Shown piece after piece: positions 7,310 through 16,172 of a stretch of 31,423 nt of DNA. Source of the DNA: Elusimicrobia bacterium CG06_land_8_20_14_3_00_38_11. GTDB lineage: Bacteria; Elusimicrobiota; UBA8919. The notes beneath the pieces are model-generated. The model ran no database searches. It was not told the DNA's origin and saw only the letters and a list, made by a program, of their open reading frames with translations. The translations under genes were made by a program, and so were the position numbers. The stretch is taken from NCBI GenBank assembly GCA_002780205.1, contig PEVQ01000190.1:1-31423 (forward strand), written 5' to 3'. Every line of letters begins with the position of its first letter. Position 1 is the first letter of the stretch.

Positions 7310-9303
7310 TGAAAAAATATCTCAAATTATTTTTTATAAGTTTTGCGGCACTTTTTTTAGAAATTGTATGCATCAGATGGTTCAACTCCAATGTCGTTAT
7401 GCTTTCTTATTTTTCCAACTTTGTCTTGCTTGCATGTTTTTTGGGTTTGGGTATCGGGATGCTTCTTGTATCCAAAAAGACGGATTTCATAGTTTTATTT
7501 CCTTCATTTTTTTTAATTTTGTGTGTTATATTCTGGAAAGTTATAATCAGATTGACGGTTAATTCCGATGTAAGCGTATATTTTACTGCTTCGGGTTTTG
7601 CCAAAGGAGTGCCGTTGTATAATGCGAATGCATGGTGGTTTCTTCCGATTATTTTTATACTTGCAACCGTAATGTTTATTTCTGTCGGGCAAGAGGTCGG
7701 CAGGGCATTTTCCGGCATTAAACCGCTTGTTGCTTACATAATAAATATCTGCGGAGCAATTTTTGGCGTCGGTTTATTTACGGCGATTTCATTTTCTAAC
7801 AGTTCGCCTCTTGTATGGTTTGTGATTATTTTTTTGTGTCTGTTCCCTTATCTATACGGGAAACGGTTTTTTTATTTCAATGTTCTTGCGTTTGTATTAT
7901 CATTTTTTTTCTTATGGATGATAAGTCATGGTGCAATTTTTTCACCTTATTATAGAATTGATGTAATCAACAATTGTGTAATAGTCAACGGGATTCCTCA
8001 TCAGACAATGCTTAATATAGATAAAGAGTTTGTCAATGGCTATGAGTTTCCGTATAAACTTATAAAAAAACCAAAAAAGGTTTTGATACTCGGTGCCGGT
8101 ACCGGAAATGACGTGGCAGTTGCATTAAAAACCGGCGCTGAAAAAATAGATGCTGTTGAAATAGACCCTGTGATTATTGAAATAGGAAATCGGCACCCGA
8201 ATAAACCATATCAAAATAAAAAAGTAAAAATTTTTAATGATGACGCCCGTGCTTTTCTTAAAAAATCAGACGAAAAATACGATTTGATAATTTTTGCCCT
8301 GATTGATTCGCTGACGGTATTTTCGCAATTCTCGTCGGTGCGTCTTGAAAATTTTATTTTTACAAAGGATGCTTTTGAGGATGTAAAAAGGCATTTAACC
8401 GGCGATGGCGTTGTTATTATATATAATCAGTTCAGAAAAATCTGGCTCGTTGAGCGCTTGTCAAAAATGCTTGAAGAAACTTTCGGCAAAAAAACAATTA
8501 TCTACAATGAACAGGAAAAAGAGCACTTCGCTGTGCTGTTTAATGGCCCCGGGATTGAAAAAATAAATTTTCCCCCAAAAGCGGAATTATTCCCCAAGCA
8601 AAAAGCCCCGTTGTTTTTAACATCAAATTACCATATTAAATCAACCACCGACAACTGGCCGTTTCTGTATCTTAAAAATCCGACAATCCCGGTACATTAT
8701 GTTCTATCTCTTTTTATGATATTATTTTTTGCTGCCTTACTTGTTTTCATATCGTCGGATATTTCTTACGGTATAAACAACCATTTCTTTTTTCTCGGCA
8801 CGGGTTTTATGATTTTGGAAACATCTGCAATTATAAGATTTGCAATACTTTTCGGTTCAACCTGGATTGTCAATTCAATAGTCATAATTGCGATACTTGT
8901 TATGGCATTTTTTGCGACATACTTTACTAGCAGATTTTCTCCGGATAACAATAAAAAGTATTATATTTATCTTTTTCTGATTATTACAGCAAACATTCTG
9001 ATTCCTTTGAAAATATTTTTAATTTTTCCTTTTTATGTGAAAGTTGTTTTATCATCGCTCCTTTTATTTTTACCGATATATTTTTCGGGAGTAATTTTTG
9101 CCACATCATTTTCTAAATCGGAAAACCCGTCTTCATCTTTAGGCTCAAATTTAATCGGTTCAATGTTCGGCGGCTGTTTGGAATACATCTCGCTAAAATA
9201 CGGTTACGGTTCGTTGATGATTCTCTTGCTGGGGGTATATCTTGTTTCAATCAAAAACTTTAAGTGGAGATTTAGTTTCAAAAAGTCCTTTGGGAACATT
9301 TAA
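7306..9303 (+). CDS. Membrane-embedded class I SAM-dependent transferase (spermidine-synthase-like domain between two TM bundles)
   Basis: N- and C-terminal TM blocks flank VLILGAGTGNDVAVAL, VEIDP, DDARAFL, YDLIIFAL and TTDNWPFLY. It overlaps the upstream stop (ATGA). Confidence 0.75.
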   Translation: MMKKYLKLFFISFAALFLEIVCIRWFNSNVVMLSYFSNFVLLACFLGLGIGMLLVSKKTDFIVLFPSFFLILCVIFWKVIIRLTVNSDVSVYFTASGFAKGVPLYNANAWWFLPIIFILATVMFISVGQEVGRAFSGIKPLVAYIINICGAIFGVGLFTAISFSNSSPLVWFVIIFLCLFPYLYGKRFFYFNVLAFVLSFFFLWMISHGAIFSPYYRIDVINNCVIVNGIPHQTMLNIDKEFVNGYEFPYKLIKKPKKVLILGAGTGNDVAVALKTGAEKIDAVEIDPVIIEIGNRHPNKPYQNKKVKIFNDDARAFLKKSDEKYDLIIFALIDSLTVFSQFSSVRLENFIFTKDAFEDVKRHLTGDGVVIIYNQFRKIWLVERLSKMLEETFGKKTIIYNEQEKEHFAVLFNGPGIEKINFPPKAELFPKQKAPLFLTSNYHIKSTTDNWPFLYLKNPTIPVHYVLSLFMILFFAALLVFISSDISYGINNHFFFLGTGFMILETSAIIRFAILFGSTWIVNSIVIIAILVMAFFATYFTSRFSPDNNKKYYIYLFLIITANILIPLKIFLIFPFYVKVVLSSLLLFLPIYFSGVIFATSFSKSENPSSSLGSNLIGSMFGGCLEYISLKYGYGSLMILLLGVYLVSIKNFKWRFSFKKSFGNI

Positions 9304-9685
9304 TTTTGGTAGAAAAATAGCAGAAATAGTAAAATGTGGTTCTGTTATCTGTCTTTATGGAACACTCGGCGCTGGAAAAACGGTTATTGTGCAGGGGATA
9401 TGTAAGGGGCTTAAAGTAAAGGGTTTTGTAAACAGCCCTTCGTTCAAAATTGTGAACGAATACAGAGGAAAATTTCCGGTTTATCATATTGATTTATATC
9501 GTTTGAATTCCGCGAGCGAAATAAATGATTTGGGCCTTGACGAATATATTTACGGTGATGGGATTACAATTATTGAGTGGGCAGGAAAATTAGGCAAAAA
9601 AAATTTGCCGAAAAAAAGAATTGAAATTTACATAAAAATTAAAAATGAAAATGAGAGAGAAATAAAATGGCAGCGATATCAATAG
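9242..9685 (+). CDS. tsaE: tRNA threonylcarbamoyladenosine biosynthesis ATPase TsaE
   Basis: Walker A GTLGAGKT, VNSPSFKIVNEY, YHIDLYRL and IIEWA. The start is uncertain and overlaps the upstream gene. Confidence 0.93.
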   Translation: MFQSKTLSGDLVSKSPLGTFNFGRKIAEIVKCGSVICLYGTLGAGKTVIVQGICKGLKVKGFVNSPSFKIVNEYRGKFPVYHIDLYRLNSASEINDLGLDEYIYGDGITIIEWAGKLGKKNLPKKRIEIYIKIKNENEREIKWQRYQ

Positions 9686-11577
9686 TTTTAGTATTGGTTA
9701 TTATTATTATCTACTGGAAAACAGTTTTTCTTTTTGGACTTTTTTCCGCACATTTTCCAGAGATAAATGATATTATCGCTATGTATTTCCCGTTCAGAAG
9801 TTTTTTTGCCGACTCAATAAGGAATGGAATGTTCCCTCTCTGGAGTTCTGATATTTTTCTAGGATTTCCTTTACATGCAGAAAGCCAGGGTGGCTTTTTT
9901 TATCCTCCGAACATTCTCTTTGCGATATTACCGCCCGGGGCTGCTTACAACTTTGTATTTGTTTTGCACAGTTTTCTTTCAGGATTTTTTACGTATCTTT
10001 TTGCAAGAGCTATTAAATTGAAAAAATCAGCAAGTATTCTTGCATCAATAGTTTTTGCTTTTTCTGGTTTTTCTGCCGTTCACAATGAGCACATGAATCT
10101 ATTAAATGCGATAAGTTGGATACCGCTTGTTTTTCTTTTCGTTAATAAAATTTCACAAAAAAAATTGTGGTTAATTCTTAGTTTGATCTTTGCAAATCAG
10201 TTTCTATCGGGTTTTCCTCAAGTTCTATACTATTCTGCAATTGTTGGATTTATATACCTTATTTTCTTATCAAAAGATCTAAAACTAATTTTAAGATTTT
10301 TCCTCGCCATCGGTTTTGCATTTTTAATTTCTTTTTGTCAAGTTTTACCTACCGTTGAACTAATACCTTATTCTCACCGGGCTTACGGTGTGGTGAAGGA
10401 AGAAATGTTTGCATGGGGCTATTACATAAAAGATCTTTTGTTTTTCATAATGCCTTATATTTTTGGTAATCCTGCTATGGGCACATATACAAGAAAGGAT
10501 AGTTTGTTCGGTGAAAACTGTGCTTATGTGGGAGTTATAACAATACTGATTGCTTTCATTTATATACTCAAAAATTTTAAAAAAGAAAAAGAAACAAGAT
10601 TTTTTTCTCTCCTTTTGCTTTTTCTAATATTTGTTGTCCTAAGTTTTCCATATTTGCATTATCTATATTTCAAAATAATGCCTGGATTTAAGTATTTCAG
10701 AATACCGCAACGTCTACTTATTTTTGTTGTATTTTCACTGGCAATACTATCAGCAAAAGGACTAGAAATTTTTCCAAAGATTAAGTTTTTAGTTATAACG
10801 GCAGTCCTTGCTGAACTTTTGAATTTTTCTTCCGGATATAACAAGGTCATCGATTGGCAGTTTTTTTCCAAACCAGAAATTGTAAAAATATTAGAAAGCG
10901 ATAAAGAATTATTCAGAGTTTATACTTATGACAAGAGTGCTATCGCTTGGATAAGAGCATATTGTTTTTCAAAGATTCCTGGATTTGCTGAAATCACTCA
11001 ATACAGTTTCCGAAATTATCTTTATCCAAATACGAATATGTTATATCACATACCATCCTTAAATGCATATACCCCGTTTGTTCATCTGAATGAATTTGAA
11101 CATTTTGATATAGCAAATGTAAAATATGTGATTTCATCGTCAGATTTGATTAAGAAAAAAGATTTTTTGCTTGTTAAAAAAATAAACTTTCCAGTTCCAT
11201 TACCAGAGTTAAAAATATATCAAAATATCAATTTTTTACCTCGAGCATTCATAACGAAGAAAGAAAAATCTATTATAAAAAACATTTTACCAGTTAAGGT
11301 GCTGGATTATCAAACTACAAAAGTAAAAATAATAAAGAAGGAAAAGGATGAGGGAGAACTTATTCTCTGCGATTTTTATTACCCCGGGTGGAATGTTTTT
11401 GTAGATGGTAAGAAGAGAGAAATCTCCAATTTCCAATCTGTAAGAAGGGTTACTGTTTTCCAAAATGAAAAAAAAATCTTTTTTGTTTATAGACCGCTGT
11501 GCTTCTTTTCAGGGGTCATAATATCAATAATTTCAATTTTTATTTTGGGTGTTTTAGTATATAGAGTTGAAACTTAA
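9667..11577 (+). CDS. YfhO-like multi-pass membrane glycosyltransferase (GT-C)
   Basis: PLWSSDIFLGFPLHAESQGGFFYPPN, SGFPQV..Y, QVLPTVEL...S.R and the YfhO-like C-terminus LILCDFYYPGWNVFVDG. Confidence 0.75.
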   Translation: MAAISIVLVLVIIIIYWKTVFLFGLFSAHFPEINDIIAMYFPFRSFFADSIRNGMFPLWSSDIFLGFPLHAESQGGFFYPPNILFAILPPGAAYNFVFVLHSFLSGFFTYLFARAIKLKKSASILASIVFAFSGFSAVHNEHMNLLNAISWIPLVFLFVNKISQKKLWLILSLIFANQFLSGFPQVLYYSAIVGFIYLIFLSKDLKLILRFFLAIGFAFLISFCQVLPTVELIPYSHRAYGVVKEEMFAWGYYIKDLLFFIMPYIFGNPAMGTYTRKDSLFGENCAYVGVITILIAFIYILKNFKKEKETRFFSLLLLFLIFVVLSFPYLHYLYFKIMPGFKYFRIPQRLLIFVVFSLAILSAKGLEIFPKIKFLVITAVLAELLNFSSGYNKVIDWQFFSKPEIVKILESDKELFRVYTYDKSAIAWIRAYCFSKIPGFAEITQYSFRNYLYPNTNMLYHIPSLNAYTPFVHLNEFEHFDIANVKYVISSSDLIKKKDFLLVKKINFPVPLPELKIYQNINFLPRAFITKKEKSIIKNILPVKVLDYQTTKVKIIKKEKDEGELILCDFYYPGWNVFVDGKKREISNFQSVRRVTVFQNEKKIFFVYRPLCFFSGVIISIISIFILGVLVYRVET

Positions 11578-11587
11578 AAAGTAGAAG

Positions 11588-12250
11588 ATGAAAATACTTG
11601 CTATTGAAACATCGGGTAACATTTGCGGCGCCGCTGTAATAAGCGGCGATAAAATTATTGCCGAAAAGAATATTTTTTTGCCGAAAAATTCGTCATCCAA
11701 AATTTTTGATGTTATAAAAAATATCACAAGGGAAAATTTACAGTTTAATGTTATAGCGGTTGATGTGGGACCAGGTTCTTTCACCGGCATAAGAGTTGGT
11801 GTTTCGCTGGCTCGGGCTTACGGACAATTTCTGAGATTACCCATTATCGGTGTTTCGTGTCTGGATTGTTTGGTTTTCGACGCCTTAAAAAATAAAAATG
11901 TTTTTGGGAAAATTTTTCCGGTAGTAGATGCTCTTCGCGGTGAAGTTTACACGGCAGAGTATGAAGGGCTAAAAAGAAAAACTAAAATAAAAATAATTGA
12001 GGTTGCAAAATTCTTAAAAATGTTGGATAATAAGTCAACGGTTGCAGGAAGTTATGAAATTTGCCGCTCAATACCGGATAATAGAAAATGTGTTGTTGTG
12101 AAATTATCCGCTTCCGCCGTCGGTTTTATGGCATCAAAGAAATTGGAAAGATGTGAGAAGCACAATTATAATGAAGTTCTGCCTTTGTACATAAGGAGGG
12201 CTTTTGCCCAAGAGCATTATTCCGGTCGTAAATCGACAAAAAGATACTAA
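11588..12250 (+). CDS. tsaB: tRNA t6A biosynthesis protein TsaB
   Basis: MKILAIETS, IAVDVGPGSFTGIRVGVS, VDALRGEVY and C-terminal PLYIR. Confidence 0.92.
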   Translation: MKILAIETSGNICGAAVISGDKIIAEKNIFLPKNSSSKIFDVIKNITRENLQFNVIAVDVGPGSFTGIRVGVSLARAYGQFLRLPIIGVSCLDCLVFDALKNKNVFGKIFPVVDALRGEVYTAEYEGLKRKTKIKIIEVAKFLKMLDNKSTVAGSYEICRSIPDNRKCVVVKLSASAVGFMASKKLERCEKHNYNEVLPLYIRRAFAQEHYSGRKSTKRY

Positions 12251-12683
12251 AATTGAAATTCGCCGGGTGCGGATTGATGACATAAGTGCAATTGCCGAAA
12301 TTGAAAAAAAATCATATCCGGAGCCGTGGTCGCAAAATTTGTTTGAAAGGGAATTACAGATTAAATTCTCAAATTTTTTTGCAGCGATAAAAGACTGTGA
12401 AATAATCGGTTATGTCTGCTTTTGGACGGTTTCCGACGAAGGACAAATTACGAACATTACCGTTAAGGAAAAATTCAGAAGAAAAGGTATTGGTTCAAGA
12501 CTTATGAAATATATTATGGATATATCTTACGCGAAAAAAATAAAAAAAATGTTTTTGGAAGTAAGAGCACAAAATTACCCGGCATCAAAATTTTATGAGA
12601 AATTCGGATTCAAAAAAATAGGATTGAGAAAAAAATACTATTCAAATACCGACGATGCCGTAGTTATGGCAAAAACTTTATGA
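12204..12683 (+). CDS. rimI: Ribosomal-protein-alanine N-acetyltransferase (GNAT)
   Basis: IEKKSYPEPWS, ITNITVKEKFRRKGIG, FLEVRAQN, FYEKFGF and RKKYY..DDAVVM. TTG start 4 nt after AAGGAGG. Confidence 0.9.
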   Translation: MPKSIIPVVNRQKDTKIEIRRVRIDDISAIAEIEKKSYPEPWSQNLFERELQIKFSNFFAAIKDCEIIGYVCFWTVSDEGQITNITVKEKFRRKGIGSRLMKYIMDISYAKKIKKMFLEVRAQNYPASKFYEKFGFKKIGLRKKYYSNTDDAVVMAKTL

Positions 12684-14815
12684 AAAAATATTATTTATTT
12701 TTTTTACTTCTCACTTCTCACTTCTCACTTCTTACTACCGTTTCCGCTTCCCAATCCGACGCTTACTATCATTATTTATTGGGCAACATTGCCCAGATGA
12801 AAGGTGAATATCCTCAAGCAATAGAGGAATATAAAAAATCAACTTTATACGATAGCGGCTCAGTTTATCTGAAAAAACAATTGGTCAATCTGTATATTTT
12901 AACCGGTGACACGAATGCGGCTTCGGAGGTTCTTTCTGAAATTTCCAAAGTCGCCCCCGCCGACCAATCAACAGCGGAACTTATGGCGGAATTATCAATT
13001 TACAATAAAAAACCCGAAGATGCAATTTCGGTATATGAAAAAATACTGTCAACGGAGCCGTCTAACGAACAGGCGATTTACAATCTGGGAGTGTTATATT
13101 CCGAAACAGGTAAATATGAGAAGGCGATTTTATATTTTGAAAAATTTTTGCAGATCGCTCCGGATTCACCAGATGTTTATGTCAGTATAGGAATTTTATA
13201 CAATAAACTTGAACGCCCGGTTGAAGCGGAATTATATCTGAAGAAGGCTGCTGAAATAGACGGTAATTCAGTCGTTGGGCTGTTTGCCCTTGCAGGTATC
13301 TACGAAGAAAAAAAGGACTACGGCAAAGCGATTGAGTTATATGATAAACTGCTCGAAATATTGCCGGATGATGCGGAACTTACGATGAAAATTGCAGGAC
13401 TTTATATTCTACAAAAGGATTATGTGTCGGCAAAAAAATATCTTACAGGAGCAAAAGAAAAGTTTCCGAAAAATCACTGGATTGACTATTATCTCGGGCT
13501 TTTGTCTCTTGAAGAAAAGGACTATGAAACAGCACTCAAATATTTTGACAAATCAATCTCCATAAATAAAAAATCCCCTGAGCCGCATATACAAAAGGGC
13601 TATGTTTTTACGATTCAACAGAACACAAAAGAAGCGGTAAAATCTTTTAAAAAATCGTTGTCGCTTGGTGCTGAAATTTCCGATGTGGATTTTTTTCTTG
13701 CAATGAATTATGAGGTTTTAGGCAAGTATAAGAAATCAGAAAGTTATCTGAAAAAAGCAGTTGCACTTGAACCGCAAAATTCCAAATACCGTTTTGAACT
13801 GGGGATTGTTTATGATAAATTAAAAAAACAGGAATTAGCGGAAAAAGAGTTTTTTAGCGTTATAGAAATTGATTCAAATTCTGCGGTGGGATGTAATTAT
13901 CTCGGCTATACTTATGCGGACAAAAACATAAAACTTAAAGAAGCGGAAGAACTTATAAAAAAGGCGCTGGAAATAGAGCCGGAAAATCCCGCATATATTG
14001 ATTCGCTCGGCTGGGTTTTTTACCGTCAAAAAAAATATGATGAAGCGTTGACATTACTTAAAAAAGCGTCTGAAAAATTAGATGATGCTGTGATTTTTGA
14101 CCATCTCGGCGACTGTTATTTATCTGTCGGAGATATTGAAAAAGCAGTTGATAGTTGGGAGATATCTTTTTCCCTTGAAAAAAACAAAGCGGTCAAAAAA
14201 AAGATAAAAAAGTACCGCAGAAACTTGAATTGGACAAAAGATATGATAAAGTTACGGGCACTGAGAAGTTTTAAGGGGATACAGGACATTTCCGGTTTTG
14301 TCAGTGCAAACACCGTCTATAAAAACGAGGGATACGGAGCGAACGGGCCATTTTTTTTCAAGAAACCGAAACAATTGCGATTTGAAATTTTAGGGCTGTT
14401 CTCAGTTCCGCAGGGACTTATTTTGATGCGGCAGGGAACGGTCGTTTATGTTACGCCAGACAAAAAGCAATACAATCTTACCGACGATTTTTTTTGGGTT
14501 AAGGACATTTTCAGTATTTTTGATGCTGAATGTTTTGACGGGCTTGATAATGTTTCAGAGAAAGAAAATTTCTATATCTTTAAAAATGATTTTGTAGAAG
14601 TAAAAGTTGATAAAAAAGAACACACAGTTTCCGAGATAAAATTTGCCAACGGTTCCGGTATTAGTCCGTCTGATTATAAACTGCTGGAAAAAATAAAATT
14701 TCCGCACAAATTGGATTTTATAAGTTCCGGCGGAGATATAAGAACAACCTTGATTCTCAAAAAACTCAATCTCAATAAAAACATAAAAATAGATTTATTT
14801 AATCTGCCTGAATGA
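12680..14815 (+). CDS. Exported multi-TPR protein with a roughly 190-aa C-terminal LolA/LolB-like beta domain
   Basis: Signal peptide and many TPRs ending in NYLGYTYAD...ALEIEPENPAYIDSLGWVFY...DHLGD. The C-terminal part has FFFKKPKQLRFEILGLF. Confidence 0.8.
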   Translation: MKKYYLFFLLLTSHFSLLTTVSASQSDAYYHYLLGNIAQMKGEYPQAIEEYKKSTLYDSGSVYLKKQLVNLYILTGDTNAASEVLSEISKVAPADQSTAELMAELSIYNKKPEDAISVYEKILSTEPSNEQAIYNLGVLYSETGKYEKAILYFEKFLQIAPDSPDVYVSIGILYNKLERPVEAELYLKKAAEIDGNSVVGLFALAGIYEEKKDYGKAIELYDKLLEILPDDAELTMKIAGLYILQKDYVSAKKYLTGAKEKFPKNHWIDYYLGLLSLEEKDYETALKYFDKSISINKKSPEPHIQKGYVFTIQQNTKEAVKSFKKSLSLGAEISDVDFFLAMNYEVLGKYKKSESYLKKAVALEPQNSKYRFELGIVYDKLKKQELAEKEFFSVIEIDSNSAVGCNYLGYTYADKNIKLKEAEELIKKALEIEPENPAYIDSLGWVFYRQKKYDEALTLLKKASEKLDDAVIFDHLGDCYLSVGDIEKAVDSWEISFSLEKNKAVKKKIKKYRRNLNWTKDMIKLRALRSFKGIQDISGFVSANTVYKNEGYGANGPFFFKKPKQLRFEILGLFSVPQGLILMRQGTVVYVTPDKKQYNLTDDFFWVKDIFSIFDAECFDGLDNVSEKENFYIFKNDFVEVKVDKKEHTVSEIKFANGSGISPSDYKLLEKIKFPHKLDFISSGGDIRTTLILKKLNLNKNIKIDLFNLPE
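12706..12736 (+). repeat. Heptamer tandem repeat (ACTTCTC)x3 + ACTTCTT + ACT in a signal peptide
   Basis: Read directly; it encodes LLTSHFSLLT. Confidence 0.85.
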
Positions 14816-14822
14816 TAAAAAA

Positions 14823-16070
14823 ATGATTAAGCGATTTTTAATTTTAACCTTTCACTTTTTACTTTTAACTTTCATCAACGCTTCTGACTTAACGGTTACA
14901 TTCATAAATGTCGGGCAGGTCGGCGATTCAATTTTAATTCAGACACCGTTAAATAAAAACATACTTATTGACGGCGGTTTGTGGTATGCGGGTGAAAAAA
15001 ATATAGCCCCCGTTCTTAGAAATAAAAATATAGAAAAAATTGACACCGTAATTCTTACCCATCCTCACGGCGACCATTACGGCGGACTGGAATATATTCT
15101 TAAAAACTTTAAGGTAGTGGAGGTTTTAACTGATGGAATTGTTTCACCGGTTGAGCCCTATCAGGATTTTCTATTAGAAGTGAAAAAAAGCGGTGCGGCA
15201 TATAAAATAGTTGCCGTCGGTGAAAAATACGATTGGGGCGGCTGCGAAGCGACCGTATTAAACTCAAAAAACGAGATTTTATACAGCACCGAAGCATACA
15301 ATAATCATTCCGTAGTAATAAAACTTACACACGGTAAAAATTCGTTTCTTTTTACCGGCGATATAGAAAAAGAAGCCGAAAATTTTTTGCAAAGTAATTA
15401 TGACATAAAATCTACCGTCTTAAAAATCCCGCATCACGGAAGCAGTTCGTCGTCAACTTATAAATTTCTGAAAAAGGTAGCACCCAAAATTGCCGTGCTT
15501 ACCGTCGGTTATCCCAATGATTATGGTCTGCCTGTTTTATCAACGCTTGAAAAATACAAGCAACTCAATATTAAATTGTACAGAACAGATATTGACGGTA
15601 ACATTGAAATAATTTCAGACGGTAAAGCGATAAAAATTAACATGGAAAAAAAATCGGATATAAACAGGTATTCAGCATCCGTCAGTACATTTTCAACAAA
15701 TTACGATGACTTTTGGATGTATATGGATAATGGTTGGTTTTTAGTGAGGGATAAAAAATTTGAAGAAGCGGTTGTTGAACTGAAGAGAGCCGTCGTGATA
15801 AATCCTAATTCGGCAGATGCCCACTCCAAACTCGGCTATGCTTACAAAAAAATAAATAATTCTGTGCTTGCCGAAACAGAATTTTTGAAAGCAATTTCTC
15901 TCAACGCTCAAGAGTATTATGCACGGATACATCTCGGATTGATGTATTACTTTGATGATAAATCCGACGCGGCGGTTACACTTTTTAAAAAAGCACTTGA
16001 AGTTGAACCGCAAGGAAGATACACTGATTTATTGAAGGAAAAAATAGAAGAAATAGAACAAAGAAAATGA
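14823..16070 (+). CDS. Exported ComEC/Rec2-type metallo-beta-lactamase-fold hydrolase with C-terminal TPRs
   Basis: TFINVGQVGDS, ILIDGG, LTHPHGDHYGG, FLFTGDIE, LKIPHHGS and LYRTD..GNI, followed by three to four TPRs. There is no membrane Competence domain. Confidence 0.85.
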   Translation: MIKRFLILTFHFLLLTFINASDLTVTFINVGQVGDSILIQTPLNKNILIDGGLWYAGEKNIAPVLRNKNIEKIDTVILTHPHGDHYGGLEYILKNFKVVEVLTDGIVSPVEPYQDFLLEVKKSGAAYKIVAVGEKYDWGGCEATVLNSKNEILYSTEAYNNHSVVIKLTHGKNSFLFTGDIEKEAENFLQSNYDIKSTVLKIPHHGSSSSSTYKFLKKVAPKIAVLTVGYPNDYGLPVLSTLEKYKQLNIKLYRTDIDGNIEIISDGKAIKINMEKKSDINRYSASVSTFSTNYDDFWMYMDNGWFLVRDKKFEEAVVELKRAVVINPNSADAHSKLGYAYKKINNSVLAETEFLKAISLNAQEYYARIHLGLMYYFDDKSDAAVTLFKKALEVEPQGRYTDLLKEKIEEIEQRK

Positions 16071-16163
16071 ATTTGTGGAATGAGGGACTTCAGTCCCTCG
16101 TCAATGGAACAAATTCAAACCAATAATGTAGCCCCCGACTTTAGTCGGGGATGAGCAAAGCGA
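16069..16163 (+). repeat. Structured intergenic element, copy C (95 nt)
   Basis: GAATTTGT/ACAAATTC, GAGGGAC-TTCA-GTCCCTC, CAATAATG, GTAG-C-CCCCGAC-TTTA-GTCGGGG and TGAGCAAAGCGA. Confidence 0.9.
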
Positions 16164-16172
16164 GGGGAAATA

